Below the pieces are notes generated by a model. The model saw only the letters and a program-made list of their open reading frames with translations, was not told the origin of the DNA and ran no database searches. Both the position numbers and the translations under genes were made by a program. From NCBI GenBank assembly GCA_949398305.1, contig CASLVD010000002.1, positions 2,942 through 66,941 of the forward strand: DNA of 64,000 nucleotides. The letters are read 5' to 3'. Below, piece after piece: positions 46,147 to 58,783 of this stretch (the first letter of the stretch is position 1; every line of letters begins with the position of its first letter). The stretch comes from an uncultured Candidatus Melainabacteria bacterium. GTDB taxonomy: Bacteria; Cyanobacteriota; Vampirovibrionia; Gastranaerophilales; Gastranaerophilaceae.

Positions 46147-49100
46147 ATGTCTGAGACAAAATATGCAAAAAGAGTAACGCCAATGGGTATTCCTCATACT
46201 CGTTTGGACGATTTACCGGACCTTATTGAAGTGCAAAAAAAATCGTTTGAATGGTTTTTAAAAGAAGGTTTGAAAGAAGAATTACTTTCATTCTCTCCTA
46301 TTAAAGACTATACAGGCAGATTAGAATTACACTTCTTACCAAACTATACTTTCGATAATGCAAAGTATACAGTTGAAGAAGCAAGAATTCATGACGCAAC
46401 TTATGCAAAACAATTACGCGTTATGATTAGATTAGTTAACCGTGACAGCGGTGAAATTAAAGAACAAGAAGTTTACATCGGCGACATCCCTACAATGACT
46501 GACAAAGGTACTTTCATTGTAAACGGTGCAGAACGTGTTATCGTATCACAAATCGTTCGTTCTCCTGGTGTTTACTTCAAATGCGATCCGTCACCTACAG
46601 GAAAACGTTTGTATAACGCTACAATGATTCCTAACCGCGGTGCTTGGTTGAAAATCGAAACAGATTCTAACGACATTATCCACGTTAAAATCGACAAAAA
46701 CAGAAAAATCTTAGCTACAACTTTATTAAAAGCTATGGGTATTACTGTTTCTGAAATGGAATCAAAATTCACTCACTTTGAATTCTTGAAAAAGACTTTG
46801 GAAAAAGATCCTACAGAAACTACAGATGAAGCTTTAATTGAATTGTACAAAAAATTAAGACCTGGTGATCCTGCATCTCCTCAAGGCGGACGCCAAATCT
46901 TAGAATCAAGATTCTTTGATGAAAAGAAATACGATATCGGTCGTGTTGGTCGTTATAAATTAAACAAAAAATTAAACTTAAATATACCAAACAACCAAAG
47001 AACATTAACTGTTGAAGATATTGTTTCAACAATTGAATACTTAATCAACTTAACTTATGATGAAGGTCAATTGGATGATATCGACCACTTGGGTAACAGA
47101 AGAATCCGTTCAGTTGGTGAATTGTTACAAAACCAATTCAGAGTAGGTCTTTCAAGAATCGAAAGAATCGTTAAAGAAAGAATGACTCTTCAAGATTCTG
47201 AAACTTTAACACCGTTGAACTTATTGAATACTAAACCTTTAGTTGCTTCATTAAAAGAATTTTTCGGTTCTTCACAGTTATCACAGTTTATGGACCAGAC
47301 AAACCCTCTTGCTGAATTGACTCACAAACGTCGTATTTCAGCTTTAGGACCTGGCGGTTTACAAAGAGAAAGGGCAGGATTCGCGGTTCGTGATATTCAC
47401 CCTTCTCACTACGGACGTATTTGTCCTATCGAAACTCCGGAAGGTCCGAACGCAGGTTTGATTGGTTCACTTGCAACTCACGCTAAAGTTAACGATTACG
47501 GTTTTGTTGAATCTCCGTTCTTTGTTGTTAAAGACGGTGTTGTGACTGATGAAGTTGTTTATATGACAGCAGATGCTGACGAAAATTTCCGTTGTGCTCC
47601 TGCTGACGTTAAATTAACAAAAGACAGAAGATTTGTTGAGTCAATGGTTCCTGCAAGATATCGTTCAGAATTTATTATGACAGAAGCTTCTAAAGTTGAC
47701 TATGTGGGTGTTTGCCCTATCCAAATCATTTCAGTTGCGACTTCAATGATTCCGTTCATCGAACACGACGATGCTAACCGTGCATTGATGGGTTCTAACA
47801 TGCAGCGTCAAGCAGTACCTCTTTTAATCACTCAAAGACCAAGAGTTGGTACAGGGCTTGAATCTCGTGTTGCAAAAGACTCAGGTATGGTTATTGTATC
47901 TGATGTAGACGGTACAGTTGAAAGAGTTGTTGGTGAAGAAATTGTAATCAGAGATGTACAAGGTAAGCCGCATATTTACACTCTAATGAAATATGTACGT
48001 TCTAACCAAGATACTTGTATTAACCAAAGACCTATTGTTCACGAAGGCGACAAAGTTAAAGCCGGCGATGTAATTGCTGATGGTGCTTCAACTTGCGGCG
48101 GCGAACTTTCATTAGGTAAAAACATCTTGGTTGCTTATATGCCTTGGGAAGGTTATAACTTCGAGGATGCTATCTTACTTTCAGAAAGATGCGTTCACGA
48201 TGATATCTTCACATCATTACACATTGAAAAATTAGAAATCGAAGCTCGTCAAACTAAACTTGGACCGGAAGAAATTACACGTGAAATTCCAAACGTTTCA
48301 GAAGATGCTCTAAGACATTTGGACGAACGCGGTATTGTTCGTATCGGTGCTCGTGTTTACGCTGACGATATATTAGTTGGTAAAGTTACACCTAAAGGTG
48401 AATCTGAACATCCGCCTGAAGAAAAATTATTAAGAGCAATCTTCGCTGAAAAAGCAAGAGATGTTAAAGATAATTCACTTCGCGTACCTCACGGAGAAGG
48501 CGGTAGAGTACTTGACGTAAAAGTATTCGACAGAGAAAAAGGTGATGAACTTCCACCTGGTGCTAATACAGTTATCAGAGTTTACATTGCTCAAAAACGT
48601 AAAGTTTCTGTAGGTGATAAACTTTCAGGACGTCACGGTAACAAAGGTATCGTATCACGTATCTTGCCAAAAGAAGATATGCCATTCTTACCTGATGGTA
48701 CTCCTGTAGATATCGTATTGAACCCATTGGGTGTACCTTCTCGTATGAACGTTGGTCAAACTTATGAATTATTGTTAGGTTTGGCTGCATACTTGACAGG
48801 TGATCATTACGAAGCACCATCATTTGATGAAATGTACGGTGAAAACCAATCAGAAATCGCAACAAAAGCTGAACTTCTTAGAGGTATCAAAGAATCAGGC
48901 TGCGATTGGGTTGGCGAAGACGGTAAGGTAATGCTTATTGACGGTAGAACCGGTGAACCATTCGACAGACCTGTAGCTGTTGGTTTAACTTACTTCTTGA
49001 AACTTGTCCACTTGGTTGATGATAAAATCCACGCTCGTTCAACCGGTCCTTACTCATTAGTAACTCAACAACCTTTGGGTGGTAAGGCTCAATTCGGTGG

Positions 49101-49464
49101 ACAAAGATTCGGAGAAATGGAAGTTTGGGCATTGGAAGCTTACGGTGCTGCTTATACACTTCAAGAAATGTTAACAATCAAATCAGATGATGTTAACGGA
49201 CGTAACAGAGCGTATGAAGCTATCGTTAAAGGTGACAATATTCCAAGACCTGGTATTCCTGAATCATTCAAAGTACTTGTAAGAGAATTACAAAGTATCG
49301 GTTTAGATATAACAGTAGCGAAGAAAGACGGTCAGGAAGTAGACTTGATGACAGATATGGACGACTTGAGAAAAGCTGCTCCAAAAAGAACTCTGTCAGA
49401 TGTTGATTCTGAGTTGTTGAATATCAACTTCTTTGAAACACCTACCACTTTTGGAGATCTATAA
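46147..49464 (+). CDS. rpoB: DNA-directed RNA polymerase subunit beta
   Basis: 1105 aa with canonical blocks ([39 protein letters not shown]). Confidence 0.98.
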   Translation: MSETKYAKRVTPMGIPHTRLDDLPDLIEVQKKSFEWFLKEGLKEELLSFSPIKDYTGRLELHFLPNYTFDNAKYTVEEARIHDATYAKQLRVMIRLVNRDSGEIKEQEVYIGDIPTMTDKGTFIVNGAERVIVSQIVRSPGVYFKCDPSPTGKRLYNATMIPNRGAWLKIETDSNDIIHVKIDKNRKILATTLLKAMGITVSEMESKFTHFEFLKKTLEKDPTETTDEALIELYKKLRPGDPASPQGGRQILESRFFDEKKYDIGRVGRYKLNKKLNLNIPNNQRTLTVEDIVSTIEYLINLTYDEGQLDDIDHLGNRRIRSVGELLQNQFRVGLSRIERIVKERMTLQDSETLTPLNLLNTKPLVASLKEFFGSSQLSQFMDQTNPLAELTHKRRISALGPGGLQRERAGFAVRDIHPSHYGRICPIETPEGPNAGLIGSLATHAKVNDYGFVESPFFVVKDGVVTDEVVYMTADADENFRCAPADVKLTKDRRFVESMVPARYRSEFIMTEASKVDYVGVCPIQIISVATSMIPFIEHDDANRALMGSNMQRQAVPLLITQRPRVGTGLESRVAKDSGMVIVSDVDGTVERVVGEEIVIRDVQGKPHIYTLMKYVRSNQDTCINQRPIVHEGDKVKAGDVIADGASTCGGELSLGKNILVAYMPWEGYNFEDAILLSERCVHDDIFTSLHIEKLEIEARQTKLGPEEITREIPNVSEDALRHLDERGIVRIGARVYADDILVGKVTPKGESEHPPEEKLLRAIFAEKARDVKDNSLRVPHGEGGRVLDVKVFDREKGDELPPGANTVIRVYIAQKRKVSVGDKLSGRHGNKGIVSRILPKEDMPFLPDGTPVDIVLNPLGVPSRMNVGQTYELLLGLAAYLTGDHYEAPSFDEMYGENQSEIATKAELLRGIKESGCDWVGEDGKVMLIDGRTGEPFDRPVAVGLTYFLKLVHLVDDKIHARSTGPYSLVTQQPLGGKAQFGGQRFGEMEVWALEAYGAAYTLQEMLTIKSDDVNGRNRAYEAIVKGDNIPRPGIPESFKVLVRELQSIGLDITVAKKDGQEVDLMTDMDDLRKAAPKRTLSDVDSELLNINFFETPTTFGDL

Positions 49465-49533
49465 TAAGTAATGTGTGATTGGCGGGATATTTTCCCGCCG
49501 GATTCACCAAATTGAAAAAGGAGAACATTATAA

Positions 49534-51243
49534 ATGTCAACAAGTATTGATTATTTTGATTATATACGAATAAGTATTGCCTCTCCGGACAGAATACTTC
49601 AATGGTCTCACGGCGAAGTTACCAAACCGGAAACAATAAATTATCGTACATTAAAACCGGAAAGAGACGGTTTATTCTGTGAAAGAATTTTCGGGCCGAC
49701 AAAGGACTGGGAATGCTATTGCGGAAAATATAAAAGAGTAAGACATAAAGGTATTATCTGTGAACGCTGCGGTGTTGAAGTTACTGATTCAAAAGTTCGC
49801 CGTCACAGAATGGGACATATTAAACTTGCAGCACCGGTTTCTCATATCTGGTTCTTAAAAGGTATCCCTTCATATCTTGGTTTACTTTTAGATATGACTT
49901 TGAAAGATCTTGAACAAGTTATCTATTTCAACAGCTATGTTGTAATTGATGGCGGCGACAGTGATTTCAAAAAACTTCAATTGTTAACTGAAGAAGAATA
50001 CGAAGATTATATGGCTGAAAACGAAGAATCAACTTTAAAAGTTGGTATCGGCGCAGAAGCTATTAAAGAACTTCTTGCTGAAGTTGATATCAAAGCTTTA
50101 GCAGAAGAAATCAGAACAGAACTTGCAGGAAACGTAACTTCTGTTCAGAAAAAATCTAAATTAATTAAGAGATTAAGATTATTAGATTCTTTAATCTCAT
50201 CAGATACAAATCCAACTTGGATGATTATGGATGTACTTCCTGTAACACCGCCTGATTTAAGACCTATGGTTCAATTAGACGGCGGACGTTTCGCGACATC
50301 AGATTTAAACGACTTATACAGACGTGTAATTAACAGAAACAACCGTTTACAAAGATTGTTGGAAATGGGTGCTCCTGAAATTATCGTAAGAAACGAAAAA
50401 CGTATGTTACAAGAAGCAGTTGATGCTCTTATCGATAACGGAAGACGCGGCAGAACAGTCGTTGGTCCGAACAACAGAGCGTTAAAATCACTATCTAACA
50501 TTATTGAAGGTAAACAAGGTCGTTTCCGTCAAAACTTGTTAGGTAAACGTGTTGACTACTCAGGTCGTTCAGTAATCGTTGTTGGTCCGACTCTTCAATT
50601 GAACCAGTGCGGTCTGCCAAAAGAAATGGCAATCGAACTATTCAAACCGTTTGTTGTTAACAAACTTATCGAAAGAGGATACGTTCAAAACATCAAATCA
50701 GCTAAGAAGAAAATCGAAAGATCTGAACACATCGTTTGGGATATCTTAGAAGAGGTTATTGACGGACATCCGGTTATGTTAAACCGTGCTCCAACCCTTC
50801 ACAGATTAGGTATTCAGGCATTCGAACCGAAATTGGTAGAAGGCCGTGCAATCCAACTTCACCCGCTTGCTTGTACAGCGTTCAACGCTGACTTTGACGG
50901 TGACCAAATGGCTGTTCACGTTCCTCTTTCTATTGAAGCTCAAGCTGAAGCAAGAATGTTGATGTTAGCTACTAACAACTTGTTAGCTCCTGCTAACGGT
51001 AAACCAATCGTAACACCTTCTCAGGATATGGTATTGGGTATGTATTACTTAACTACTATCAAAGATCCGTCTCAAGAAGTTAAGGGTTACTTCTATAACT
51101 TCCAGGATGCAATCTCTGCTCTTGAAGTAGGTGTAATCAAGCTTCACGACAAAATCATCGTTAGAGATGAAAAAGGTGAAAGATTAGAAACTACAGTTGG
51201 TAGAATTATCTTCAACGAAGAGGTTAGAAAAGCACTTGTGTAA
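49534..51243 (+). CDS. rpoC1: RNA polymerase subunit gamma (N-terminal part of a split beta-prime)
   Basis: 569 aa with the zinc-binding [23 protein letters not shown] and the catalytic [12 protein letters not shown]. It ends in TAA at 51241-51243. Confidence 0.95.
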   Translation: MSTSIDYFDYIRISIASPDRILQWSHGEVTKPETINYRTLKPERDGLFCERIFGPTKDWECYCGKYKRVRHKGIICERCGVEVTDSKVRRHRMGHIKLAAPVSHIWFLKGIPSYLGLLLDMTLKDLEQVIYFNSYVVIDGGDSDFKKLQLLTEEEYEDYMAENEESTLKVGIGAEAIKELLAEVDIKALAEEIRTELAGNVTSVQKKSKLIKRLRLLDSLISSDTNPTWMIMDVLPVTPPDLRPMVQLDGGRFATSDLNDLYRRVINRNNRLQRLLEMGAPEIIVRNEKRMLQEAVDALIDNGRRGRTVVGPNNRALKSLSNIIEGKQGRFRQNLLGKRVDYSGRSVIVVGPTLQLNQCGLPKEMAIELFKPFVVNKLIERGYVQNIKSAKKKIERSEHIVWDILEEVIDGHPVMLNRAPTLHRLGIQAFEPKLVEGRAIQLHPLACTAFNADFDGDQMAVHVPLSIEAQAEARMLMLATNNLLAPANGKPIVTPSQDMVLGMYYLTTIKDPSQEVKGYFYNFQDAISALEVGVIKLHDKIIVRDEKGERLETTVGRIIFNEEVRKALV

Positions 51244-51288
51244 GTGTAAAAATCAGTGTAAAAATTAACTAATTGAAGGAAAATTAGA

Positions 51289-54200
51289 ATGGAAAGAACA
51301 TATACAAATACAAAAAAATCACCTGATTTCATTAACAAACAAATGGACAAGGGTTCTTTGAAAAAATTGTTAGGTCAGATGTATTTGGAATACGGCGGTG
51401 CTAAAGCAGCAGCATTAGCCAATGCTCTTAAAAACTTAGGTTATAAGTATGCAACCGTTTCCGGTACAACAATTTCAATTGCAGACCTTTCAGTTCCTGA
51501 ATCTAAAAAAGAGTTATTGAAATCAGCTGAAAAAGAAATTGAAAAATCAACAAACAGATACCTTAAAGGTGAAATTACAGAGGTAGAAAGATATACAAAA
51601 GTTATCGATACTTGGTCTGAAACAACAGCAAAATTGACAGAACAGGTTGTAGAAAACTTTGATAGATTAAACCCTGTATATATGATGGCATTCTCCGGAG
51701 CTCGTGGTAACTTATCACAGGTTTCACAGCTGGTTGGTATGCGTGGTTTGATGGCAGATGCGCAAGGTCAAATCATCGACTTACCGATTAAATCAAACTT
51801 TAAAGAAGGTTTGTCAGTAACTGAATACATCATTTCATCATACGGTGCACGTAAAGGTCTTGTAGATACAGCGTTAAAAACAGCTGACTCAGGTTACTTA
51901 ACAAGACGTCTTGTTGACGTAGCACAAGATGTAATTATTAGAGCTGATGATTGCCATACAACAAAATATATCGATCTTAAATCTATCATGGATGGCGATG
52001 TAGTTATTGTTCCGTTAATCGACAGATTGTTAGGAAGAACAGTAGCTCAGGACATTTGTGATGCTGAAGGTAACGTTTTAGTTGCTAACGGTACTACAAT
52101 GGATCGTGATGATATTAAGAAAATCTCAGGTCTGGATTTACACGAACTTAGAGTTCGTTCAGGTTTGACTTGTGGACTTGAATATGGTGTATGTCAAAAA
52201 TGTTATGGCTGGGCAATGACAACTCAAAAACTTGTTGATATCGGTGAAGCAATCGGTATTATCGCAGCTCAGTCAATCGGTGAACCTGGTACACAGCTTA
52301 CAATGAGAACCTTCCACACAGGTGGTGCGGTAGGAGTTAAAGAAGCTAAAAAAGAAATCTTAGCTCGTGAAGCCGGTGTTGTTGTTTCTAAAATCAAAGC
52401 AAGAGAACTTAGAACACGTCACGGGGATATCGTTCAGGTTTCTATGTATGAAGCTGATATTGAAGTTAAAGGCGAAAAAAGAACTACTAAATATCACATT
52501 CCTGCAGGTGCTACATTATTTATTACTGACGGAATGGAAGTTGCTAAAGGCTTCAAAATGGCTGAACACGCTCCATCATCAGTTGGTGACAGCTCTCGTT
52601 TAACAGAAAAAGCTACAAAAGATATTACAACTGATATTTCAGGTGAAGTAGTATTTGAAGACTTCAAAGCTGATGAAAAGAAAGACAGACAAGGTAACGT
52701 TTCAAGAACAACTAACAAACAAGGTATTATTTGGGTATTAGGCGGTGACGTTTATACTCTTCCTGGTGGTTCAAGAATTCTTGTTAAAGACGGTCAGAAA
52801 ATTTCTGAAGGCGAAAAACTTGCTGAAACTTTAACAATTTCTGAACACGGCGGTGAAGTTAGAGTTGGTGAAGATTTAGTTATCGAAGAAGCTATATTTG
52901 ACGGTAAAAAGATTAAGAAAATTGTTCAAGGTAAAGAATTGACAATTGTTATCGCATCTTTAAGCCCTGAAAATGCTTCATTTGAACAAACTAAAAAAGA
53001 ACAACTTTGGACAGTTGATAAAACCGGTGAAAAATATATCGTTAAAGCTCCTGTTGATACAACAGTTGAAAACGGTATGATTATTGCAGAACTTATTGAT
53101 GATGAGTGTGCTGTAACATCATCAGGTGAAATCAGATACGTTGATGTTGAAGTTGATGAAAATCAAATCATTACAAAACCTGGTAAAGTTGTATTTATTC
53201 CTGAAGAAATTCACCAAATCAATAAAGATTCAACATTGAAAATGGTTGAAAACGGAACAACAGTTACAGCTGGTACTGAAATTGTTAAAGACGTTTACTG
53301 CCATATCGATGGTGTTGTAGAATTCAAAGAATATAACGATGTAATTCACGAAATTACTGTAAGACCTGGTGAAGTTCATACTTTATCGAGTATTTCAGAA
53401 TTGAAAGTTGATGAAGGTGAAGTTGTTAAAAAAGGTACAGTTATCGCAGAAGGTATCAAAGCTAAAGAAACATCTATTGTTACAATAATGGATTCTTCAG
53501 TTGATGAGTTACCTCTTGATGATTTAGATGAAGAATTAGATTCAGCTTTATCATTAGATGACGATTCAATTGCTAACCAGCCTGTACAAATTCTTGTAAG
53601 ACCGGTTCAAGTATTAGAAGTTAATCAGAAAGATGTATCAATTGCGTTCAATACAACTGATGAATTAATTGATATTATCCCTGTAACTCAACTTCAATAC
53701 AAAGACGGTGCAAGAGTTAGAAATGTTGACGGTGCTACAATCACAAGAACATCTTTAGTTCTTCAAATGCAAGGTTACTTATCACACCTTAAAGGTATGG
53801 TAGAACTTGATTCACAAGGTTCATTGAGAATTGTTGTACTTGAAAACTTAATCGTTCGTCGTGAAATGGAAGGTTCTGCTAATTCATCTCTTCAAACAGA
53901 ATTACTTGTTAAAGACGGTGAAACAATTGAACCGAAAACACCGGTTGCAAAAACTCAAGTTTTAGCAATGCATGATGCAATAGCATCAATCAAATCTGAT
54001 GATGAAGAAGTAAGAAGACTTCTTTTAATCTCTCAAAGCTCTGAAACAACAGTTTCTGTAAAAGGAAAAGCAGTTGTTAAGAAAGGTGACTTTGTAAAAA
54101 CTGATAAAGTCTTAGCTGAAAGCGGTGAAACTTCTCCTGTTTCAGGTGTTGTTACTGCTGTTAATAAAGGCGAAGTTTCTATCAGAAACGGACGTCCTTA

Positions 54201-55140
54201 CTTAATTAGCCCTGGTACAATGCTTCAAATCGATTCAGGTGCTCTTGTTTTAAGAGGTGACTTACTTGCAACATTAGTATTTGAAAGAGAAAAAACAGGC
54301 GATATTGTTCAAGGTCTTCCAAAAGTAGAAGAGCTTCTTGAAGGTAGAAAACCTAAAGATTGTGCTATTTTAGCAGAATATGACGGTACTGCAAAAATTG
54401 AAATTGATGATGATGGTTTGCCAAGATTATTCTTGACAGATGCTGACGGTTCATCAACTGAGATTAAATACGCAATTGACTCAAATGTAATTGTTTCTAA
54501 CGGACAAAAAATTACAAAAGGTCAACCGTTAACTTCAGGACCTATGAATCCTCATGATGTTATGAGATTATGCGGTCCGGAAGCTGCTCAGCAATATCTT
54601 GTAGACGAAGTACAACGTGTATACCGTTCTCAAGGTGTAGAAATTGCTGATAAACACATTGAAATCATTGTTCGTCAGATGACTAAGAAAGTTAAGGTAA
54701 TTGATGCCGGCGATACTAACTTGTTACCTGGTGAATTGATAGAAATGCAAACATTCGAAAAAGAAAATAAAGCAGCAGAAGAAGCAGGTAAAACTCTTGC
54801 AACTTGTGAATACATGTTGTTAGGTATTACAAAAGCTTCATTGAATACTGAATCATTCATCTCAGCAGCTTCATTCCAGGAAACAACAAGAATCCTTACA
54901 GAAGCAGCAGTTGATGGTAAAAAAGACTTGTTAAGAGGTTTGAAAGAAAACGTTATTATCGGTCGTCTAATTCCTGCAGGTACAGGTTTCCATCACTTGA
55001 TTAATGCTGATGAAGAACGTGACAGAGAAGAAAGAAAACGCGCTGTTGCTCAAAGAAATCAAGCTCGTAAACCTTCTGCGATTTTAGAAGAAATCGAAGG
55101 AATGTTTGGTGCACCTGATTTTAATTTGGACGAAGAATAA
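51289..55140 (+). CDS. rpoC2: RNA polymerase subunit beta-prime (C-terminal part of the split subunit)
   Basis: 1283 aa with its own SD GAAGGA. Trigger-loop halves are MRTFHTGG (from 52303) and [15 protein letters not shown] (from 54298), separated by about 650 aa by my count. Confidence 0.95.
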   Translation: MERTYTNTKKSPDFINKQMDKGSLKKLLGQMYLEYGGAKAAALANALKNLGYKYATVSGTTISIADLSVPESKKELLKSAEKEIEKSTNRYLKGEITEVERYTKVIDTWSETTAKLTEQVVENFDRLNPVYMMAFSGARGNLSQVSQLVGMRGLMADAQGQIIDLPIKSNFKEGLSVTEYIISSYGARKGLVDTALKTADSGYLTRRLVDVAQDVIIRADDCHTTKYIDLKSIMDGDVVIVPLIDRLLGRTVAQDICDAEGNVLVANGTTMDRDDIKKISGLDLHELRVRSGLTCGLEYGVCQKCYGWAMTTQKLVDIGEAIGIIAAQSIGEPGTQLTMRTFHTGGAVGVKEAKKEILAREAGVVVSKIKARELRTRHGDIVQVSMYEADIEVKGEKRTTKYHIPAGATLFITDGMEVAKGFKMAEHAPSSVGDSSRLTEKATKDITTDISGEVVFEDFKADEKKDRQGNVSRTTNKQGIIWVLGGDVYTLPGGSRILVKDGQKISEGEKLAETLTISEHGGEVRVGEDLVIEEAIFDGKKIKKIVQGKELTIVIASLSPENASFEQTKKEQLWTVDKTGEKYIVKAPVDTTVENGMIIAELIDDECAVTSSGEIRYVDVEVDENQIITKPGKVVFIPEEIHQINKDSTLKMVENGTTVTAGTEIVKDVYCHIDGVVEFKEYNDVIHEITVRPGEVHTLSSISELKVDEGEVVKKGTVIAEGIKAKETSIVTIMDSSVDELPLDDLDEELDSALSLDDDSIANQPVQILVRPVQVLEVNQKDVSIAFNTTDELIDIIPVTQLQYKDGARVRNVDGATITRTSLVLQMQGYLSHLKGMVELDSQGSLRIVVLENLIVRREMEGSANSSLQTELLVKDGETIEPKTPVAKTQVLAMHDAIASIKSDDEEVRRLLLISQSSETTVSVKGKAVVKKGDFVKTDKVLAESGETSPVSGVVTAVNKGEVSIRNGRPYLISPGTMLQIDSGALVLRGDLLATLVFEREKTGDIVQGLPKVEELLEGRKPKDCAILAEYDGTAKIEIDDDGLPRLFLTDADGSSTEIKYAIDSNVIVSNGQKITKGQPLTSGPMNPHDVMRLCGPEAAQQYLVDEVQRVYRSQGVEIADKHIEIIVRQMTKKVKVIDAGDTNLLPGELIEMQTFEKENKAAEEAGKTLATCEYMLLGITKASLNTESFISAASFQETTRILTEAAVDGKKDLLRGLKENVIIGRLIPAGTGFHHLINADEERDREERKRAVAQRNQARKPSAILEEIEGMFGAPDFNLDEE

Positions 55141-55160
55141 TTTTCTTAATTCCATAAGAT

Positions 55161-55199
55161 AAAAAAGCCCCCTCGAAAATATCGAGGGGGCTTTCTCTT
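55161..55199 (+). terminator. Rho-independent terminator after rpoC2
   Basis: AGCCCCCTCGA (55166-55176) / TCGAGGGGGCT (55182-55192) followed by a T-rich run. Confidence 0.8.
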
Positions 55200-55213
55200 G
55201 AATATTTGATATA

Positions 55214-55250
55214 AAATAAGGGCGGGATTGAAAATCCCGCCCTTATTTTT
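55214..55250. terminator. Bidirectional terminator hairpin at the thrC 3' end
   Basis: AAGGGCGGGATT (55218-55229), loop, AATCCCGCCCTT (55233-55244), flanked by A/T runs. Confidence 0.7.
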
Positions 55251-56307
55251 ATATGTTCATAACTTTTAAAATATCATTTAATTCTGCGGATGTTTTCTTA
55301 ACATCTGCGTTTGAATATTTTATAGCGTTATCAGGGTCTTTTAATCCGTTTCCTGTTAGGATACAAACAATTTTTGAACCCTCTTTAACAAGTCCATGGG
55401 AGTGTGCCTGAATTAGTCCTGCAACAGATGCAGCTGAAGCCGGTTCAGCTAATATTCCTTCACTAGATGCAATAAGTTTATAAGCTTCTACGATTTGCTC
55501 GTCAGTTACAGAATCTATTTTACCCTTGCTTTCATCACGAGCGGCTTCTGCTTGTTTCCAGCTTGCAGGGTTACCGATACGGATAGCTGTTGCAAGAGTT
55601 TCAGGGTTCATTATACGTTCACCGCGAACAATTGCGGCTGAACCTTCTGCTTCGTATCCCATCATTTGCGGCAGTGCAGGGATTATACCTAAATTATACC
55701 ATTCTTTGTAACCTTTCCAGTAAGCTGTGATATTTCCTGCGTTTCCTACAGGGATGAAGTGATAATCCGGAGCTTGTCCAAGTGCTTCACAGATTTCAAA
55801 TGCACCGGTTTTTTGACCTTCAATTCTGTATGGATTTACTGAATTAACAAGAGTTATTGGATATTTTTCAGAAATTTCGCGAACCATTTCAAGCGCACGG
55901 TCAAAGTTTCCTTGAATTGCAATGATTTCAGCACCGTACATCATAGCTTGAGAAAGTTTACCAAGTGCGATGTATCCGTCAGGAATTAAAACATATGTTT
56001 TTAATCCTGCTTTAGCACCGTATGCCGCAGCTGATGCTGAAGTATTTCCTGTTGAGGCACAAATAATAGCGCCGGAACCTGATTCTTTAGCTTTTGTTAC
56101 TGCCATTGTCATACCACGGTCTTTGAAGCTTCCTGTCGGGTTGCAGCCTTCAAATTTCAAATAAATTTCGGCATCAAGTCCGATTTTTTTAGCTAAGTTA
56201 TTTGCTTTGATAAGCGGAGTATTACCTTCGTTAAGTGTTACAATAGGTGTTGAATCAGTTACAGGTAAAAACTCTCTGTATTTATTTATTAATCCTTGAT
56301 AATACAT
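55249..56307 (-). CDS. thrC: Threonine synthase
   Basis: PLP-lysine box [12 protein letters not shown]. 352 aa. Confidence 0.92.
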   Translation of the reverse strand: MYYQGLINKYREFLPVTDSTPIVTLNEGNTPLIKANNLAKKIGLDAEIYLKFEGCNPTGSFKDRGMTMAVTKAKESGSGAIICASTGNTSASAAAYGAKAGLKTYVLIPDGYIALGKLSQAMMYGAEIIAIQGNFDRALEMVREISEKYPITLVNSVNPYRIEGQKTGAFEICEALGQAPDYHFIPVGNAGNITAYWKGYKEWYNLGIIPALPQMMGYEAEGSAAIVRGERIMNPETLATAIRIGNPASWKQAEAARDESKGKIDSVTDEQIVEAYKLIASSEGILAEPASAASVAGLIQAHSHGLVKEGSKIVCILTGNGLKDPDNAIKYSNADVKKTSAELNDILKVMNI

Positions 56308-56457
56308 AATTTTTCCTCTTCTTTATACTTTTTAAACAATTGTACTATAGATGTAACGAAATGTAAATATAAATTTTAAAATGCCTCAAACCCGAAATCG
56401 GAACTATTCGTATAGCAGGTTGGCATGGCAATGAGTTGATGGGCAGTGGTTAAATAT

Positions 56458-56491
56458 GCAGACGCCGGAAAATTTATTTTCCGGCGTCTGC
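56458..56491 (-). terminator. Terminator hairpin directly after the hom stop codon
   Basis: 15-bp stem GCAGACGCCGGAAAA / TTTTCCGGCGTCTGC with loop TTTA. The T-tract on the minus strand is weak. Confidence 0.6.
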
Positions 56492-56493
56492 TT

Positions 56494-57768
56494 TTATATT
56501 TGAACTCTTATTAAGCTGTTAACTTTCGTTATTGCAGGGTCGTTGTTGAAGATTTCAATAACTTTTTGCATATCTTTTTCTTTGGAAAGTTCTGTAATAA
56601 CAGTGATTTTTGCGGTATTATCACCGGCAACTTCTTTTTGTACAATACTTGCTAAGCTTATGTTATTGTCTTCGCAAGCTTTACCGATACGTCCGATTAC
56701 ACCTTTGCTGTTTTGTGCTGTAATTGAGATATAATATTTATTTTCTGTTTCTGAAACATCCATCATTACAGCGTTTTCACAGTGGCGGCATCTCATCATC
56801 GGCAGGAGATAATCTGTTCTGCCTAATTCTGATGATATCGCTAAAATGTCACCTACAACAGAGCTTGCTGTCGGGAATTCTCCTGCGCCCGGGCCTGAAA
56901 GTGTTACATCACCTACAGGATGACCTGTAAGACTTACCGCATTTGTTACATAGTCAATATGTGCTAATGTTTTTGATTTTGGAACAAGCATTGGATGAAC
57001 TCTTACATCTGCTCTGCCGTCATTATTTAATTCTGCTGACGCGATGAGTTTAATTTTATACCCCATCTCATTTGCAGCTTTCATATCATCAGGGCTGATT
57101 TTTGTTATACCTTCACGGTAAACTTTATCGATTTTAATTCTTTTTCCAAATGCAATTGTCGCAAGGGTTGTGATTTTGTATGCCGCATCAAATCCTTCAA
57201 CATCACCTGTCGGATCTGCTTCTGCGTATCCAAGTTCTTGAGATTCTTTTAGAACTTCGGCATATGATGCGCCTTGTACATCCATTTTGGTAAGGATGTA
57301 GTTTGTTGTGCCGTTTAAAATTGCTTTGATTTTATTTATTTTATTGCCTGCTAAAATTGTTTTAATCGGCATAATCAAAGGAATTCCGCCTGCAATAGCG
57401 GCTTCATATAAAACAACTTTGTTGTGTTCTTCTGCAAAATTAAAAAGTTCTTCCCCGTGTTTTGCAAGAAGTTCTTTGTTTGCAGTAACAATATGTTTAC
57501 CGTTTTTAATTGCTGTTTTAATTAAATCAAACGCAGGTTCAATTCCGCCGACAAGTTCAGCAACAATCTGAATTTCAGGATCATTGACAACTTCATACGG
57601 ATTGTCTGTGATAATACTTTCATCCAAATTTTCGATATTACGTTTTTTGTTTTTATTGCGAACTGCAATTTTTACTATTTCTATATTTTTAAAATTTTGA
57701 AGGGTTTTAAACACACCGCTTCCGACTGTGCCCAGTCCTATAAGTCCGATTTTAATTTTATTTTCCAT
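56494..57768 (-). CDS. hom: Homoserine dehydrogenase with C-terminal ACT domain
   Basis: GLIGLGTVGSG NAD box and a central catalytic domain. 424 aa. Confidence 0.92.
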   Translation of the reverse strand: MENKIKIGLIGLGTVGSGVFKTLQNFKNIEIVKIAVRNKNKKRNIENLDESIITDNPYEVVNDPEIQIVAELVGGIEPAFDLIKTAIKNGKHIVTANKELLAKHGEELFNFAEEHNKVVLYEAAIAGGIPLIMPIKTILAGNKINKIKAILNGTTNYILTKMDVQGASYAEVLKESQELGYAEADPTGDVEGFDAAYKITTLATIAFGKRIKIDKVYREGITKISPDDMKAANEMGYKIKLIASAELNNDGRADVRVHPMLVPKSKTLAHIDYVTNAVSLTGHPVGDVTLSGPGAGEFPTASSVVGDILAISSELGRTDYLLPMMRCRHCENAVMMDVSETENKYYISITAQNSKGVIGRIGKACEDNNISLASIVQKEVAGDNTAKITVITELSKEKDMQKVIEIFNNDPAITKVNSLIRVQI

Positions 57769-57893
57769 AAAATTCAGTATATCATAAAGGGGTAAATATT
57801 ACTACATTTTAACATGTCTCTTGCAAAATAGTATTTTTGGGTTATTATGATAGTACTGAAGTAAGAAAACTAGCTAGAAAAGGAAATAAAATC

Positions 57894-58085
57894 ATGGCAA
57901 AACATTGTGAAATTTGTGGAAAAGCTCCAATTAAAGCAGCTAAATTAACATTTTCTCATAAACAAATCGTTCATACCCAAGAACCTAACTTACAATCAGT
58001 TAAAGCTGTTGTAAACGGTGTAACAAAAAGAATCAGAGTATGTACTTCTTGTTTAAAAGCAGGAAAAGTTCAAAAAGCTATATAA
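57894..58085 (+). CDS. rpmB: 50S ribosomal protein L28
   Basis: MAKHCEICGKAP...SH...PNLQ...RVCTSCLKAGK pattern. ATG 57894 has SD AAAGGAA. The track's longer TTG start is rejected. Confidence 0.85.
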   Translation: MAKHCEICGKAPIKAAKLTFSHKQIVHTQEPNLQSVKAVVNGVTKRIRVCTSCLKAGKVQKAI

Positions 58086-58104
58086 TTGAAGTTTAGAAAT
58101 TTAT

Positions 58105-58135
58105 AAAAAAGAACTCCAAATGGGGTTCTTTTTTA
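58105..58135 (+). terminator. Rho-independent terminator after rpmB
   Basis: GAACTCC / GGGGTTC stem (one G-U pair) with an A-run before and TTTTTT after. Confidence 0.75.
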
Positions 58136-58244
58136 TTGCTAATAATTATCTTGTTACATTTCTTTAAGTTTATCAAAAATCGTTTGCCTGTTTTTTATGA
58201 ATGTAATAAAATGATGTTGGGAATGTTTTAAGGGATAGATAAGA

Positions 58245-58769
58245 ATGATAAAAGACAGATTAAATGAGAGAACTTTAACACCTCAAGAGGTTAGAACTAT
58301 TTTGAAAGCTGATAACAAAGAAATAGTTGATTTGTGCAAGAAAGCAGCAATCAAACCTAGAAAAAATGCAAAAGGTCATACTTATTTTTCTTATGATGAG
58401 GTAAAAAATTTGAGAAAAGTTCAAGCACAGGTAAATGGAGCTGTAACAAGCCCTGTAGCAGTTAGAACTCCTGTAATGGCAGGTGCTTCTGCTCAAAATA
58501 ACAGCGCTGCTGTAAGAAGTATTTTAAATACTTTGCAGGAATTAGAAGTTAAACTAAGCAACAAAATTGCTAAAGTTATTGATGAAAAACTTGAAGGCAT
58601 GGATGATGTTGTTGTTGAATTGATTCGTTGCAAAACTGATAATGAAACATTAAAACAAAAAATCGTTGACTTGAACAAAGAAGTGTATCAGTTGAAAAAC
58701 GAACTAAACAGCTACAAACCTGTTGCATTAGGTTTTTATAAGAAAAAAGAAGTTTACGTTTGGGAATAA
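58245..58769 (+). CDS. Hypothetical protein with N-terminal HTH-like segment and coiled coil
   Basis: 174-aa ORF immediately upstream of recA. Confidence 0.5.
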   Translation: MIKDRLNERTLTPQEVRTILKADNKEIVDLCKKAAIKPRKNAKGHTYFSYDEVKNLRKVQAQVNGAVTSPVAVRTPVMAGASAQNNSAAVRSILNTLQELEVKLSNKIAKVIDEKLEGMDDVVVELIRCKTDNETLKQKIVDLNKEVYQLKNELNSYKPVALGFYKKKEVYVWE

Positions 58770-58783
58770 GAGGAATATAAATA

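Noticed and set aside
49481-49499. Hairpin GGCGGGA/TCCCGCC between rpoB and rpoC1 as a terminator
   Set aside because: It has no T-tract, and rpoC1 follows 35 nt later with a strong SD. It is more likely a processing or stability element or a weak attenuator. I have no basis for a firm call.
51244-51288. rpoC1/rpoC2 junction as a frameshift or pseudogenising break
   Set aside because: There is a clean TAA stop, a 45-nt spacer and a separate SD plus ATG. The split falls at the position typical for cyanobacteria, so this is a lineage trait and not a lesion.
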